Below, one piece after another: positions 63,325 to 64,000 of a stretch of 64,000 bases of DNA (its first letter is position 1; each line of letters opens with the position of its first letter). Source of the DNA: Cetorhinus maximus. Lineage: Eukaryota. The notes below the pieces were generated by a model. That model saw only the letters and a list, made by a program, of their open reading frames with translations. It did not search any database and was not told the origin of the DNA. A program made the translations under genes and the position numbers. The DNA lies in assembly GCF_964194155.1 (NCBI RefSeq), contig NC_135901.1, positions 17,360,001 through 17,424,000 of the forward strand, in the 5' to 3' direction.

Positions 63325-64000
63325 GAATAAGGAGCACGAGTAGGCCACTCGGCCCCTTGAGCCTGTTCTTCCATTCAATAAGATCTTGGCTGACCTGATT
63401 GTAACCTCAACCCCACATTCCTGCCCACCCCCGATAACCTTTCAACCCCTTGTTAACGAAGAACTTATCGAGCTCTGCCTTAGAAATATTCAAAGACTCT
63501 GCATCTACCGCCTTTTGAGGAAGAGAGTTCCAAAGACTCACGACCCTCTGTGAGAAAATAGTTCTCCTCATCTCTGTCTTAAATGAGCGACCCCTTATTT
63601 TTAAACAGTGACCCCTCGTTCTAGATTCTCCCACAAGAGGAAACATCCTCTCCACATCCACCCTGTCAAGACCCCTCGGGATCTTAAATGTTTCAATCAA
63701 GTCACCTCTTACTCATCTAAATTCCAGTGGATACGAGCCTAACCTGTCCAACCTTTCCTCATAAGACAATCCACACATTCTTTGTATTAGCCTGGTAAAC
63801 ATCTTCTGAACTGCTTCTAACGCATTGACACCTTTCCTTAAATAAGGTGACCAATACTGTACACAGTACTCCAGATACGGTCTCACCAGTGCCCCGTAGA
63901 ACTGAAGCATAACCTCCCTACAATCAATTCTCCTCGCAATAAACGATAACATTCTATTAGCCTTCCTAATTACTTGATGTAAAGGCTATTAGCCTTTTGT
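63325..64000 (-). mobile_element. CR1 LINE 3' fragment
   Basis: ALVRPYLEYCVQYWSPY and RVVSLWNSLPQKAV motifs. Confidence 0.9.

Overview
Vertebrate genomic DNA, most likely a shark or other cartilaginous fish, inferred from the CR1/L2/RTE LINEs, tRNA- and Deu-type SINEs and the style of the zinc-finger genes. 1-31.8 kb is a cluster of KRAB-less tandem C2H2 zinc-finger genes and relics. They are built from a repeated cassette: old ZNF 3' tail, a conserved ~120-bp promoter, non-coding exon(s), then one finger exon. This part also holds an old inverted duplication, an RPL37 retrocopy with a TSD and a decayed tRNA-Lys. 31.8-44.7 kb is repeat-rich and contains an orphan CpG-island promoter. 46.1-47.3 kb encodes an IRG/p47 GTPase with a degenerate G3 motif. 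56.7-61.8 kb holds the last five coding exons of a D2-type dopamine receptor on the minus strand. The most striking signal is that this receptor carries two pairs of mutually compensating frameshifts and an in-frame TM7 deletion, yet its spliced reading frame stays open to the normal stop. Everything was read by eye without database searches, and repeat boundaries are approximate.
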